A stretch of 63,067 bases of DNA, filler included, from Reticulomyxa filosa (lineage: Eukaryota > Protista > Foraminifera), in NCBI GenBank assembly GCA_000512085.1. It is 20 parts of 20 records of this genome, joined end to end, with 100 filler letters (N's around TTAATTAATTAA, not from the genome) between each part and the next. Parts side by side here need not be neighbours in the genome. Positions count along the whole stretch, not along the records: positions 47,886 to 49,202 come from ASPP01042676.1; positions 49,303 to 50,302 come from ASPP01038379.1; positions 50,403 to 51,469 come from ASPP01041118.1; positions 51,570 to 52,795 come from ASPP01020536.1; positions 52,896 to 56,848 come from ASPP01019481.1; positions 56,949 to 63,067 come from ASPP01004382.1; 14 more parts are not named here. One strand, 5' to 3'. Numbering within the stretch: position 1 is the first letter of the stretch; the number at the start of each line of letters is the position of its first letter. Position numbers and translations under genes: made by a program. Below the pieces are notes generated by a model. The model searched no databases. It was given only the letters and a program-made list of their open reading frames with translations, and was not told where the DNA came from. Positions 48,336 through 61,189 of this stretch are shown piece after piece.

Positions 48336-49302
48336 CAATGATAAATAATGATTTGAATCTCTTCTTTTTCTTTTAACTATTTCAATTAAATATAATAATG
48401 CTAAATAAAAGAACTAATAAAAACATAAAGACAATCTAGACTTGACTTTCATTGTTAAAGTTAAGTTCGTTCTTGAGCTTTTAGTTTTTTTCTTGATATG
48501 TTTATTGATGATGAAAGATGAAAAAAAGAAAATACTTATGAATAATTAATTTTAATATCTCTGTTATTTTTTTCAAAGCAATAATTTAAACGTGAAAGAA
48601 AAGCAGTTGTAAGGATAATTGATAATAGTTTACACTTGTGTTTTGTATCAACATAATCTGAATGTATGTAAATAATTTTTGCAAAAGAAATATGATTTAA
48701 TCTCGTATTTGATAACTTATTCAAATCAAAATATTTTTAAAAGTGAATTAAATTCAAAGATAATTTGATTGTTGGTAATTTTTTTTCAAGTTTCTTAAGG
48801 TAATGTGTCATTAATATGAGCTTTTTTTTCTCTCAATATTTATTTAATTTAAGAAAAAAATGTTAAATACAATTCCATTTTACAATGTTTTTTTGAATTG
48901 TAATTATATTCTATTGTCATTGCAATTTGCATACATTTTATTAATTTCTTTGTTAATGCAGATACAAAAAAGTATGGTAATTGTCACTTCTTTTTCAGAA
49001 ATTTTGTTTTTAGTTTCTTCGTCTTAAAATAGCATTTTGTGTTTTATCATAACTATAAATAGTTTTGAACAAATAATAAATTACATCGATCAGGGAAATC
49101 AAAAAATAGTCAAATGTATCAAATAAATATTAATTATTAATCAAATGAATCCAAAATTTATTCTTTTTGTAAATACAATTCATTAAATTATCTAAACATA
49201 AANNNNNNNNNNNNNNNNNNNNNNNNNNNNNNNNNNNNNNNNNNNNTTAATTAATTAANNNNNNNNNNNNNNNNNNNNNNNNNNNNNNNNNNNNNNNNNN
49301 NN

Positions 49303-50302
49303 ACGAAACTATGATGAAATTGGCATTTACACTGTTTGAACACGGACCGTCGAAATATGCAAGGGCGAGTAGAGTTGCACAAGAACTGATTAACTTATCT
49401 TCGCAAGAGTTCTTTCTTTGTTTTCACAACACAAATTACATACGTAAACATATACATATATATATGTGATTCTTCAAGTACACATTTTAAAAAAAAAAAA
49501 TACCAAAGATTGTCAAGCATTGTGGTGAAATTGGGAGAGAACATTTTAAACTGTTCGTTGTTTGAACTATTTGGACAAAAGAGTTACTCCATTTCAAATT
49601 TCAAATCTATGTAATTGAATGGTAGAGTGTGACCAGCAAATTGAAAAAGTGTTTGTGTTTGTTTTTTTTGCGCATATGTTTGGACACCAACAAAAAGAAG
49701 ATAATGCGACCACCCAGTTGGAAAAGAAGCAATTGAAAGCGAAGCAGAAAATACACCGAGGATATGTGAGTTTTCTCAAACAATGTCCGTCAGGACAAGT
49801 GCTTTGGAATAACATTACTTACGAGGCCAAATATATCTTGGAAGAACATGAAGAATTGTTGGAAGGTGTTTTGCTTGTTTGTATTCAAATGTTCAAATGA
49901 ATAATGTTCACAAATTTAAAATTAAATTGATGAAATAAAAAAAAAAGGAGCATTTCGATTGTATGATTATGTCATTCGAAATAAGGACAACTATGCAAGA
50001 CACGTTGAATTGGACCAATCGATGGGGAGGACCCATCATCTCACCGAGTCTGTTGTGGTGTACGACGATGTGGATGACATTGCCATAGCATTGGGTATAA
50101 CCCAAGACAACACTCGCACACAAGCGTTGCAACTCCTCGAAAGAGAGTTTGTGTATTTGCTGGTGTATGCCACGTTAAGTGAGCGCCACACGGACGACTT
50201 TGTCAAGATTCATGAGCACCATCTGTTGGATATATTTTTTCAGGAAATTGCTGCGTTGCCAGAGGTATTGCAATGGACACCTTTGGTGCTTGAGCATGTT
50301 TT
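49303..50302 (+). CDS. Hypothetical protein, internal multi-exon fragment
   Basis: Coding-like exons (~49303-49408, ~49510-49650, ~49698-49865, 49949-50302) with GT-AG introns. No recognisable motif. Confidence 0.55.
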
Positions 50303-50402
50303 NNNNNNNNNNNNNNNNNNNNNNNNNNNNNNNNNNNNNNNNNNNNTTAATTAATTAANNNNNNNNNNNNNNNNNNNNNNNNNNNNNNNNNNNNNNNNNN
50401 NN

Positions 50403-50758
50403 GATCTGCAGATAAAAGTGTTCGTTTGTGGGATATTCGATCTGGTGAACAGATTCAAATTTTCGATGGACATGAAGATTATGTATATGCTGTTGAATAT
50501 TCACCATTTGTAATAAATGATAGTATTGATAATTCAAATGTGATATGTTCTGGATCAATTGACAATACAATTCGCTTTTGGGATATTCGATCAAATAAGA
50601 ATGAATTGTATATGATCAAAGGAGATAAGAAAGAAGATTTTGGAATATTATGTTTTAAATTTATTACATTGAGAAACAAAAAGGAGACAAATAATGATAC
50701 ATATGATTTGAATTTGTGTTATGGTTCATCGAATGGTCCCATTCGTATTTGGGGATAA
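50403..50758 (+). CDS. WD40-repeat protein, C-terminal part
   Basis: GSADKSVRLWDIRSGEQIQIFDGHEDYVYAVEYSPF..NVICSGSIDNTIRFWDIRSNKNELY..LCYGSSNGPIRIWG*, frame intact. Confidence 0.9.
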
Positions 50759-50905
50759 TTGACTTTTTTGTTTGAAAAGTTTGATTGAAAGAAAAGTAAG
50801 TTGATATTAAATTTGTTTGATTTAATTGAACAAACTAAGATATGTGTTTTATCTTACTTTGTTGTTTAAAAAATTTGAAAAAGCTTCATTCAATGTTTTT
50901 TAAAG
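50749..50905 (+). repeat. WD40 3'-flank element, copy 3
   Basis: Follows IWG* and has the same three conserved blocks, with a short deletion near its 5' end. Confidence 0.85.
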
Positions 50906-51575
50906 ACACAAGCACGAAATCCTCATTTGTGGAAGCTGTAACAACAATAGTTGCTATTCTTATGGCTTTTTAGGGTTATTGGTGAAAGATAAACAAAATT
51001 GAATATTTAACAGTATACGCAATTTGTGTGTTCAGTGAATGTTTTAAGTAGTTGTCACAAAGTGTGGATTGATATATCTTTAGATGATTACATAACTCGT
51101 AATTAGAAATCATTGCAAAGAAATTTATCATCTAAACTAATGACAAAGTTTTTACTTTTACTGCTTGGCATTCTTCCACTTGCAACATTAACATATGATA
51201 AAACTTTATCCCTTTTTCAGTGTTTATTGCAAATTGAAAATCCACTTTTCAAATAGATTCTCTAAATTTATACTAAAATGTACTTTCGTGTTGTTATTAG
51301 ATCTACCAATAACATAAACGCTTGTATTATTGCTTTTACTTTCATAGAATATATATAAGTATTATCTATATTTTATCCTCAGTGCTATTCCTTTATCTAA
51401 ATAAAAAATGAAATCATGAAAGTGATATGAGTTCCGACAATTATTGTCCAATTATTGAGATTTCTTCATNNNNNNNNNNNNNNNNNNNNNNNNNNNNNNN
51501 NNNNNNNNNNNNNTTAATTAATTAANNNNNNNNNNNNNNNNNNNNNNNNNNNNNNNNNNNNNNNNNNNNAATAAA

Positions 51576-52345
51576 CAATAATAATAATAATAATAATAAC
51601 AATAGTCATAGCCACAGCAATAACAATAACAGAAATAAGAACAACAATAACAATAACAGCAGTAAAGTATCCACTCGTCGAAATAGCTTCGACGAAAAAA
51701 TCGAAGAGGAGAAGACTATTGAATATCAGCATCCTTTGAACAACACTGGCCAACCTGCTTTTGCCGCCATCAATCTGCCAAGTGCTTCCCCCGTCACCCC
51801 ATTGGAGCGCATGCCAATGACCCCTTCCCCTCAACCTGTCATTACCATTACTCCGTCGTCGCTTGGTGCTGTCGCCATTCCTATCGTCTCTGCTTCTTTA
51901 ACTGTTGCTGCTGCTGCTGGTACCTCGGCCATTCCCATCACCTCGGCCACTTCTCCTATCCCTACTACTACTACTACTACTGCTGCTGCTTTGGCTTCCG
52001 CATCGCTCGCTGGCACCTTTGGTACTGCGGCGTCACCCTCGGCCTCTACACTTGGCCAGGCCGCTCCTGCGACGATTGCTGGCGCTTCCAATGCAGCGCA
52101 CATGCACACTTTGCCCGTTCGAAAGGACGCCGCTACGTCTTTGGGACAACGCAGTCCCAATCGATCCAAGCCAGTCACGCCCAATCGATCCAAGCCAACC
52201 ACGCCTGCTCGATCCAAGCCAGCCTCGCCCACTCAAAGCACAAAGGTCGAAGAAGAGGAGATTGACTTTGCGAAAGTACAAGTGAATGAGGATACACTCG
52301 TCGACAAAGTTGAAGAAAAGGAAGATTCCAAATCTATTTCGAATT

Positions 52346-52377
<32 letters not shown>

Positions 52378-52795
52378 TCAATTGGTAAATATAGTGACAA
52401 CAAAGTAACAGTTTCAATTGATGCTGAAACAACTGGAGTCCAAGGAGAAACCGAAAATTCTCCGCCGCTGCTGAGCGCGTCTTCCAATCCCCAAGATGAC
52501 ATGGAAACACTGGCGTTTGCCATCTCTCCTCAATTCGACTCGCAAGATCATCCTCCCAATCGCGAAGTGTCCATTTCCGTCATTGAAGATCTTCCTTCCC
52601 ATGTCGCTCCCATTTCGACTGTCGCTCATCATGCTGCACAATTCTCAATTCCATCACAATCACAATCACAATCACAATCACAATCACAGTCACAGTCACA
52701 ATCACAACCGCAAATGCAAGTTCAATCTCAGCATCAACATCAATCCCAATTGCAACCTCAGCATCAACATCAATTCCAATCCCAATCCCAATCCC
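51576..52795 (+). CDS. Low-complexity S/T/P/A/Q-rich protein, internal fragment
   Basis: Frame open across nearly the whole contig; poly-N, poly-T and (SQ)n tracts, and an 8-aa tandem repeat. Confidence 0.7.
52150..52230 (+). repeat. 24-bp coding minisatellite, three units (PxRSKPxT/S)
   Basis: CGATCCAAGCCA recurs at 24-nt spacing. Confidence 0.85.
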
Positions 52796-52895
52796 NNNNN
52801 NNNNNNNNNNNNNNNNNNNNNNNNNNNNNNNNNNNNNNNTTAATTAATTAANNNNNNNNNNNNNNNNNNNNNNNNNNNNNNNNNNNNNNNNNNNN

Positions 52896-53168
52896 GAAGA
52901 AGAAGAGATTGAAAATGAAAATGAGAATGAAGAGGAAGAAGAAGAAGAACGCAGACAAGTGCAAGAAGATGAAAATGAAAACTTTGAGATGCCACTTGCT
53001 GGATTGGAACATGAAAATGAAGATGACAATCGTCGAAATGAAGAACATTTGTATGAGGACGAACAAGAAGATAATAATAATGACGATGATAATGACAATG
53101 AGGACAATGAGGACAATGACGAGAGCAGTGATGAACAAGGTCCAAATGAAATTATTCAAATCGATTAA
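52896..53168 (+). CDS. Acidic C-terminal tail of an unknown protein
   Basis: E/D/N-rich open frame from the contig start to ..EIIQID*. Confidence 0.6.
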   Translation, partial: EEEEIENENENEEEEEEERRQVQEDENENFEMPLAGLEHENEDDNRRNEEHLYEDEQEDNNNDDDNDNEDNEDNDESSDEQGPNEIIQID

Positions 53169-54345
53169 ACTATTCACTTTTGCAAAATTTATGTCTTGTG
53201 TATGTTTGCTATTGGGCGTGATGCAATCATTTTTGCTGTCTTTTTTTTTTTTCTTTATTGTTTGTTGTGTTTCAAATAAATTGTCAAAGTTGATTTTAGT
53301 TAATTCAATAGGCATTTCACTTTTGGTTGGTCACAATGTGTCTCTGGTATTTATTCTCTTTTCCAAGGCACTGCAAAAAAAAATTTCAATCAAATACGTT
53401 TTGTCCAACTTTCTATTTTTCACAATTTAAATTATGTTTGAAATTCAAATTGTATAACTCGTTGTTTTTAGGAAATGGTTTGCCAATGTACGAAAAAATA
53501 AAAAACTAAATTTATTCCTTCCTTTAGAAAAGCCATTTTTAACAAGACTTTTAAATTTATTCATTCAATCTAAGATCGTCGTGTTCTGTTTTGATTTTAT
53601 TATTGTAAATGAAGTTAAAACAGTTGTTTTGAAATTTTTTAAATAAATAAATCAAATTTTCTTTCACAAGTTAATATCAATTAGTTGCGGTTTTTTCATA
53701 ATTCATAAGCAAATGAAGATTACTTTTAAATACATTTTCGATGATAAAAGACTTATGAAAAAATAGAATTGACACGTTCATTTGTTAATGAGTATTCAAT
53801 ATGACATGTTTTATTGGTTATATCTTGGCAAAAAAAGAATCTAACAAAGTTGTGAAGACGTTGCAAAACAAAAAGAAAAAGTTTGGTGTTTCTCTCCCAT
53901 CCGTTCACTCGAATAATGTTTGTCGTGATTCCTTGATATTTCCTTATTTAAATAGAGCAAACAAACAAATTTCAATAAGCAAATTTCAGGAAAGTGTAAA
54001 AAAAACAAAAATCATGTTCGCTTCTCCTGATACATTACTTCGAGACGAAGTTTAGAACGTAGTTCCCTTTCTCTAAATATTATATATCCCTTTTTTTTTT
54101 TTTTGTGTTTACCCGACCGTGATATGTAAAAAAAAAGTTTATGAGAAATGAACGAAAGTTTTTGCATCAAATGAGTGTAATGGTGAAATCGATCATCCAA
54201 CCATTGAAGTCATCGCCGGCCAAGTATCAATTGACAGCTTCTGAGGTTCACTAACATGCATATTAACTCCCTTCCTTCCTCTCATCGAAAAAAACAAACA
54301 AGCAAAAAAAAAATTGATTTGGTCTGAACGAAATGGGGCAAATAG

Positions 54346-55835
54346 GTGGAGTCGATGTTCAATCCATTGGAAATGATCTATCAATATCATATCTCGAAAA
54401 GCAATTACTGGTCACTATCGGATCGGCTGTCGAACAGTGAAGCGTCCGTTACAAGTAGCATCTATTCCATTTCCCTCAAAAGTCCGCTTGCCGTCATTCC
54501 GGCAACGCCTACCTCTCCTTCGTCGCCTTCGTCACCCCCGCCTACATCGCAACCTATCACACTCAATACAAATACAAATACAAATACAAATGCAAATTCA
54601 AATGTAAATACCAATACCAATGTGATGACAACAGCGACGACGACGACAACAATGAACATGACATCGAAGAGACTAAGCAATAGCAACAGCAATAGCAATA
54701 GCAATGGCAAAGCGCATGAGTTACAATTGCGAGGCAAGTCATCTCTGTACGATAAGCCAGACTTGTATGTGGACACTGCCAATGGCATTGCATCAGCAGC
54801 GACAGTGGCGACAAATACGACAACAATGAGTGGCAATGGCATTAATAATATTAATAATATTAATAATATTAATAATATTAACAATACAAACGCAATGGAA
54901 ATGACATTGGAAGATATTTGGAAAGCATTTCAAGACTTTGCATATGTGTACCAACCTTACTTACAGCAATTGCCACAATTGTGGAAATACTTTTCCAAAT
55001 GCTTCTGTCAAAAGCCCAAATTCAAACTTTTTTTACAAAAATGTGCCAACGATTTCAAACCTTTGCATGCTACCGATCCTCTTTCCTTTCCACAGTTTTT
55101 GTTTTGTGTGTTTTTTTTTTTTTTTGCAATATTTTTTATTTTTTTCTGCACGTATACTTTTTTTGTCCAATGTAGGTTTGCAGTTGCTCGTTCGTTTGTG
55201 TGATGTCCATTTCAGATTCATGTTTATCGGCTTTGTGCGGTGCGAAGAGCTCGTCCAATCCGCTTTCGACACGCAGTCCAAAGTCTTGAAAAAGTCGCCC
55301 GTCATCGATCGCGTTTTGAGTGCTATTAAAAAGCATTTGACACTTTACCTTGGTACATTTATATATACATATAATACATATACACATATATACACATATA
55401 TACACATATATACACATATATACACATATGTGTATATGTATATATGTATATATAAATGTACCAACTTTTTTGTGTTGTACACAAAGACAAGGCTCAAACG
55501 TATCACGAGATGCTGAAAGTGCTAAACATTGAGTGGAAGCTGACCGAGTCTGTGGAGCCTCTGTTTGAGTTCCATCGAACGTTTTCATGTTACATTATAC
55601 ATGCCATATATTTTTCCTCTCCTCCTCCTTCATATCAGATGAATCATTCTCTCAATCTTTTATTTTCAAACATTTAAAAAAAAAAAAAGTTTCGGTAAAA
55701 TGTCATCTCAAACAACGTAGTGTGTTTAGTGCTGGCTTGCGACAAATTGTTTTGTTCGTATTCAATGACATGCTTTTGTGGACCAACAAACACTTTAAAG
55801 TTTAGGCGAGCTTGCACATATACGTGTATATATAT

Positions 55836-55870
<35 letters not shown>

Positions 55871-56830
55871 TGTATATATATAATATATGCATGTGTGCAT
55901 ATATGGCAAAAAAAAAAAGATGGCAGGAATTTGCAACTTTGTGAATGACTCCACGTTTGAGTATCGAAGCGCTCCCAACGAGGCGATATTGCACTTTGGA
56001 TCGATGCAGAAGCAACACGAGATAGTGTTTGACAGCATGACCGATCGCAACGTGGTGATGGAGTGGATCGAAAAGATGCGGAAGAAGCACAAGAAAGAGT
56101 CGCGACATTCGTACACACATACGCATACGCATACTCCAACGCAAAGCAGCTATGCCGACGCGAGTGTCACAGCGGCGGGCAATCACAATGCTCGGCCCAG
56201 TGCCGCCGTCGTCGGTACGACGATCCATCACACGGTTGTGTCGTCGATGGAGGACGGCCATCATCATCAAAGCACGTTCTTTGCTAGTCAAAGCGACTCC
56301 AATAATTTGATCCCAAACATGGATGAAGAGTTTGACGATAGCACTGCCGATTTATTGGATGATGAAATTACAACCAGTGATCCCCATCTCGCTCCTTCTC
56401 ATGATCCCGAACATGATCATGAAAATGAAAATGACAATGAACGACGACATGGACAGACACACAGTGATGACCATGAACGCGATCCATTGAGTCGCAGCAG
56501 TCATCATTTTTGGGAGCCTGTTCATGCTTTGAATACGGGTAACACACAAGTTGCCAATTCGTATAATAACAATAATAATAATAATAATAATAATAATCCA
56601 AGTGCAATTGCAACGACGACAACGACAACGACAATGAGCATTGGTGCAAGAGACTCGTCAAGTCGCAATCGACACAACAGAGCTTCCAATATCGCCACGA
56701 CAAACCAGCATCTCTTTTCTGCCAATATGCTGCTGCAAAGTAGTCACACGTCGCTGGTTTCGTCCACAAATATGGACTCCTTGTCAGGCTCGCCTGTCGC
56801 CGCCGAACAAGCTCATTTCAATCATGTTCA
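54346..56830 (+). CDS. DH-PH (RhoGEF-like) protein, partial, multi-exon
   Basis: MFNPLEMIYQYH, IWKAFQDFAYVYQPY, KPKFKLFLQKC are DH-like. RQIVLFVFNDMLLWT and IVFDSMTDRNVVMEWIEKM are PH-like. Introns are rich in TA microsatellites. Confidence 0.6.
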
Positions 56831-57115
56831 AATCACTTTTTTTTTTTTNNNNNNNNNNNNNNNNNNNNNNNNNNNNNNNNNNNNNNNNNNNNTTAATTAA
56901 TTAANNNNNNNNNNNNNNNNNNNNNNNNNNNNNNNNNNNNNNNNNNNNAAGAAGAAGAAGAAACAGAAGAAGAAGAAGAAGAAACAGAAGAAAAAGAAGA
57001 AAAAGAACAGAAAAAAAAGAACAGGAAACAAGACAAAGTAAGCAAAGATCTGATGTTTGAGTTTATTCTTTTTGTTGTGGTTATTTTTAGGAATTCATTG
57101 TTTGAAGCTATATAA

Positions 57116-58291
57116 ATGAACATAGAAAAAAGAGAGGAAGAAATGGATAAAATGGCTGAAAAGAAGAGATAAAAAAGACAAAAAAGAAATTGTTATAAAA
57201 TTTGAAGGATTATCAAAGGAGGATTTCAAAGTGTGGCTATTGGGTCAGAAAAGATGGAAAAATGATTTAACGAAAGAAAATATTTCTGTTATTTATGATG
57301 TTATCGATTTATTTGTTGACTATTATTCCAGTGATGATGTTTTGTTCTCTTGTTTTAATACAGTCAAGTTGTAATATTTATTACATTCAAATGTATATTG
57401 ATATGTGTTATTTGACAAATAGGATAACCAAGACAACAAAGAAGAGAAAGTTAACTCTATGCTCTTTTATTCTAATATTTCGTCAAATTACAATAACAAA
57501 ATATAAAATAGTCAATGGCATACATGGAAGAGGACGAAAGAAGAGAACTGAAATTAGTTCCTTCAAGTAAATCCTCCAATTGTTTAATCGTGAAAAAAGT
57601 AATAAAAAATGCATTAGTGGCAATGATCGCTATTAGCGAATATGATAATAAAGAATGGGAAAATCTTCCAAATGTAAAAGAAAAGGATATTAAGCATTTT
57701 AGAGAATTATTTAAAGATGAATTGAATTATGAATTTGTATGCAACAAAGAGCCTAAAATGGACAAACAAGATGTCCAAGCATTTTTATCAAAGTTGATAT
57801 ATAAGTATAAACTTTACAAAAATTCATGTAATTATGATGCATTGATAATGATAATATCAGGGCATGGAGATAAACAAGACGTATTAATAACAAGTGATGG
57901 ACAAAAAATTTCAGTTGAAAGTATTTGGTCATATTTTTCTTACGGAATAATAAACTCGCTTAAAGACCACCCCAAGATATTTTTCATTGATATTCCTCGT
58001 GGCGAAAGACATCCTCAAACTAGAGGAAAACCAGTGCACGATGGCGATAATTTTTTAATGGTATGGTCAACAATAAAGGGATATACGCTGGGTGACTTGT
58101 CATTGTTCAGTGAAAATATAAAACATACAATTGTTTCGAATTATAAAAGAGCTTCTTTATGTCAAATGCTAAAAGAAGCTCGCATGCAGCTCAAAGAAAA
58201 TCCCGATGACTCATATTGCTGCTTGGAAATTAAGGACACTACTGATTATGATATCTTCTTCCAAAGAAAACCTGAAGAATTAAGGAAATAG
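57116..58291 (+). CDS. Caspase-fold (peptidase C14/p20-like) protein, catalytic Cys replaced by Pro
   Basis: NALVAMIAISEYD..LPNVKEKDIKHFRELF..L.Y..YDALIMIISGHG..PKIFFIDIPRG. Main exon 57512-58291. Likely upstream exons from ATG 57116 (KFEGLSKEDFKVWLL) and 57423-57449. Confidence 0.8.
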
Positions 58292-59544
58292 GAATATTAA
58301 AAAATTAGAAAGATCGGATAAATCCTCTAGTGGTAGCTTTTTAAAAAATCTAAAAAGATTAATGAGCAACGAAAAATACAGGATGCGAGAAAAGGGTTAT
58401 TTTCAGTCTACTCCAATTAATAATATTTGTTTTTCAACCAATGTTCATAATTTGCCAAATTTGAGACAAAAGATCAACCTCGAGTTCTTCATGTCTTTCT
58501 CTCTTTAAAAATTTGTGTTTAATTTCATGAAAAAGAAGAAAACAAACTTACTTTCCTTTGATTAAGTTATACATAGGCACAGGTTACCTTATTTTTATTA
58601 AATGTTAAAATGTTTATTGCTGCCAATGGGATTATGCTATTGAACAATAAAAAAAGAAAAACATTTCATAGATATGAAATGTGTTTCAATAATTTTTAAG
58701 ATTTTCTTTTAAGTTTCATTGATGTAGCTATTTTTTGTTATAAATGAAAATACAACCCAAGTTTTAAAGTTTAAACTTTTGTTGAATTGGTTGATATACT
58801 TAAGTTTTTGTATGAGCAAATACTCAAGAGTAATGAATAATTTAAAGAGACATATATACATTAAATATAATTAAACATTATTGTATTTTCTCATTTCTAG
58901 AAAACCAATAAGACTTTTTTGGATAAATAAAAAAACATTTTTAAAAAAATTGAATACTACAAAATGAAATTATGTTAAAACTTCTCAAAACAAATTGTCT
59001 GTAGGTGTGTTTTTCTTTAATATGGATAATAAACAAGAAGACTTAACGACATGGACTTTGAATTTAAATTCAATTAAAAAAGTTTTTAGTTCCAACAACT
59101 TATCAATTTATTCGATAGATTATTTATTTTTAAAATTAGTGAACTATTAAAGACTGCCGAAAAACAAAGAAGATTTAAATATTGTACAATTTTCATCTGA
59201 TTGACAAAAAATTCAACTTCAGATAATAAAACAATTCAAAATGGCGTCAAAAAAAATGAACACTACTGAAAAATTAGTCTATTTAAAAGTTATTATTTTT
59301 CTCTGAGTCTACTTAAGTTACAAGTCTGTAATTTTACATAAATATTGAACTTATACTATTGTTCAATTGCCTAAAATTTGATTATATCTTTGTTTGTTTA
59401 GAGAGATAATAAAAATTATTAAATTTTTGTAGTTAATAAAAAAGCTCACTTTTTGAACTTGATCTAATAAACGTTTAAAATGCCAAAATATTGTCCTTTT
59501 TTTCACAAAACACTTTATTGATCATCAAAATCAAAAAATCCATA

Positions 59545-59680
59545 GCAATCACCATTTAGTGAATCACCTTTAGCTTGGATCACAGTATGTACAGTAGAAT
59601 ACAAAATAAAGTTGACACATAAAACGGCATCTTATAAAGATAATTGATTTTCTTCATGAAAAAACAACATCCAGACCTAA
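59545..59680 (-). mobile_element. Tc1/mariner-like transposase remnant 1
   Basis: Minus strand VWMLFF (cf. VWGCFS) and HTVIQAKGD (cf. C-terminal AVIxAKGGxTKY). Heavily deleted. Confidence 0.4.
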
Positions 59681-60116
59681 TTTTTAAAAAAATATTTGCA
59701 AATTGTGTAGTTTTTAAATATCATTTTGGTTTTTTATTAAATCTTTCATAATTATTTTAAAAATTTAATTTTTGTTTACAAATATCTATTCATTGAGCAC
59801 TTTCTGAAAATGCTTAAAAAAAGTTGGCAAATTTCATGGTCATGACACAGTCACGATTGTCAACTTTTTCTCGAAAATTTTCAAAAATCAATAAAATATT
59901 CAGTCTTCTACGTTGCGTAGTTTTTGAGAAAACTCAATTTTTTGTTATCAAAAATTTTTTTTTGCGAATTTAATGTTATTTTCAAAGTTTGCTCATAATT
60001 ATTTTTGACCATTTTTTGCTTTGTCTACACTTATTTGTTTTTTTCCAATACCAACAAGTCAAGTTAGTTCAAAAGCATAAGAACTGAAAATTTTTTTGTA
60101 ATATTTTTTAGTGAAA

Positions 60117-60360
60117 ATTAACATTTGGTTAAATCACCTTTTGCCTTGTATAATGCTAGTATCGCTATGATATTGATTTTATTAAGTTTGTGTCTCTTTA
60201 TCAATTTTTTCACATTCTAACTCAAATTGTTTCCAAAGTTATTCTTCTGATCTGAGTGGTCCATTTGTATATTTTTATTTTCACTATCAACAACATATTT
60301 TCGATTGTATTCAGTTGTGGAGAATTTGAAGGGAAATCCAATCCTTTGATAAGCATTCTG
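60117..60360 (-). mobile_element. Tc1/IS630-like DDE transposase remnant 2
   Basis: IKGLDFPSNSPQLNTIENMLLIVKIKIYK matches the WPxxSPDLNPIENLW signature, followed by KAKGDLTKC* (cf. AKGGxTKY*). Confidence 0.75.
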
Positions 60361-61189
60361 TTTAAATCATCAAGTTTGTTATAAGTCCATTACAGTCTGA
60401 AATATCATTTTCGTTGTTGTTATCATTAATAAGATTTTTAGAAGGTGTATCAATCATTTTCTTTTTTATGTATTCTTTTATTTTCGTACTAATACTTTTA
60501 TTCGTTTGATATCACTAGTTTTGTACCGATTCATCGGTTTTGTCATGTTGGATCTTCTTCGAAAATACTGAGTAAGCTTAAATGTTTTAGTAATTGTTTG
60601 CATCCTTACATAGACATAGCAATATGAAAGTTCGTTTTGTATACACAATAGTTCAGTCGCAATATGCAGTTATTCATTGAGTCCAAGTTTTGCGTATATT
60701 GCATTCATAAAGTCTTTTTTTGTATTACCATTTTGTTTTAATTATATCGTGCATTCTTTCTATATGACAACGACAACATATAATATGATCTCAGAAGTTA
60801 CAGCTTACCAAATTACTGACTGCTTTACGTATGTTGCCAAGTTCTGCCATTCCGTTCTTTGCTTCAATATCAATACTACTTTAAATTGTTTATTGATATT
60901 ATTTTTAAATTTTAATTTTATTTTTAGGTTTTTGGTTCTATCATTTCATCTATTTTTTATATTTTTAAAAATATATTTTATGTAACAAAAAAGATACATA
61001 AGTGACATATTTTATACAAAATCACCACCTACACAATTTGCTTTTTTTTCTGAAAAAGCTTTCACTTATTAACTTTTATTCTTCTATCACATATTAATTT
61101 GAACATAACAAAACTGATCAAGCATAAACAATATCAACTAAATAAAGCATACCAGAAAGAATTCAAACGATATGTAGGTGAATTGGAGT

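Noticed and set aside
52848-53430. Long overlapping ORFs rich in M/K/T or I/F
   Set aside because: Off-frame and antisense readings of an acidic E/D/N coding tract.
3045-56948. Regularly recurring TTAATTAATTAA flanked by N runs, resembling a repeat array or conserved site
   Set aside because: Artificial six-frame-stop linker used to concatenate contigs. ORFs ending in X..LIN are artefacts, and gene neighbourhoods across linkers are meaningless.
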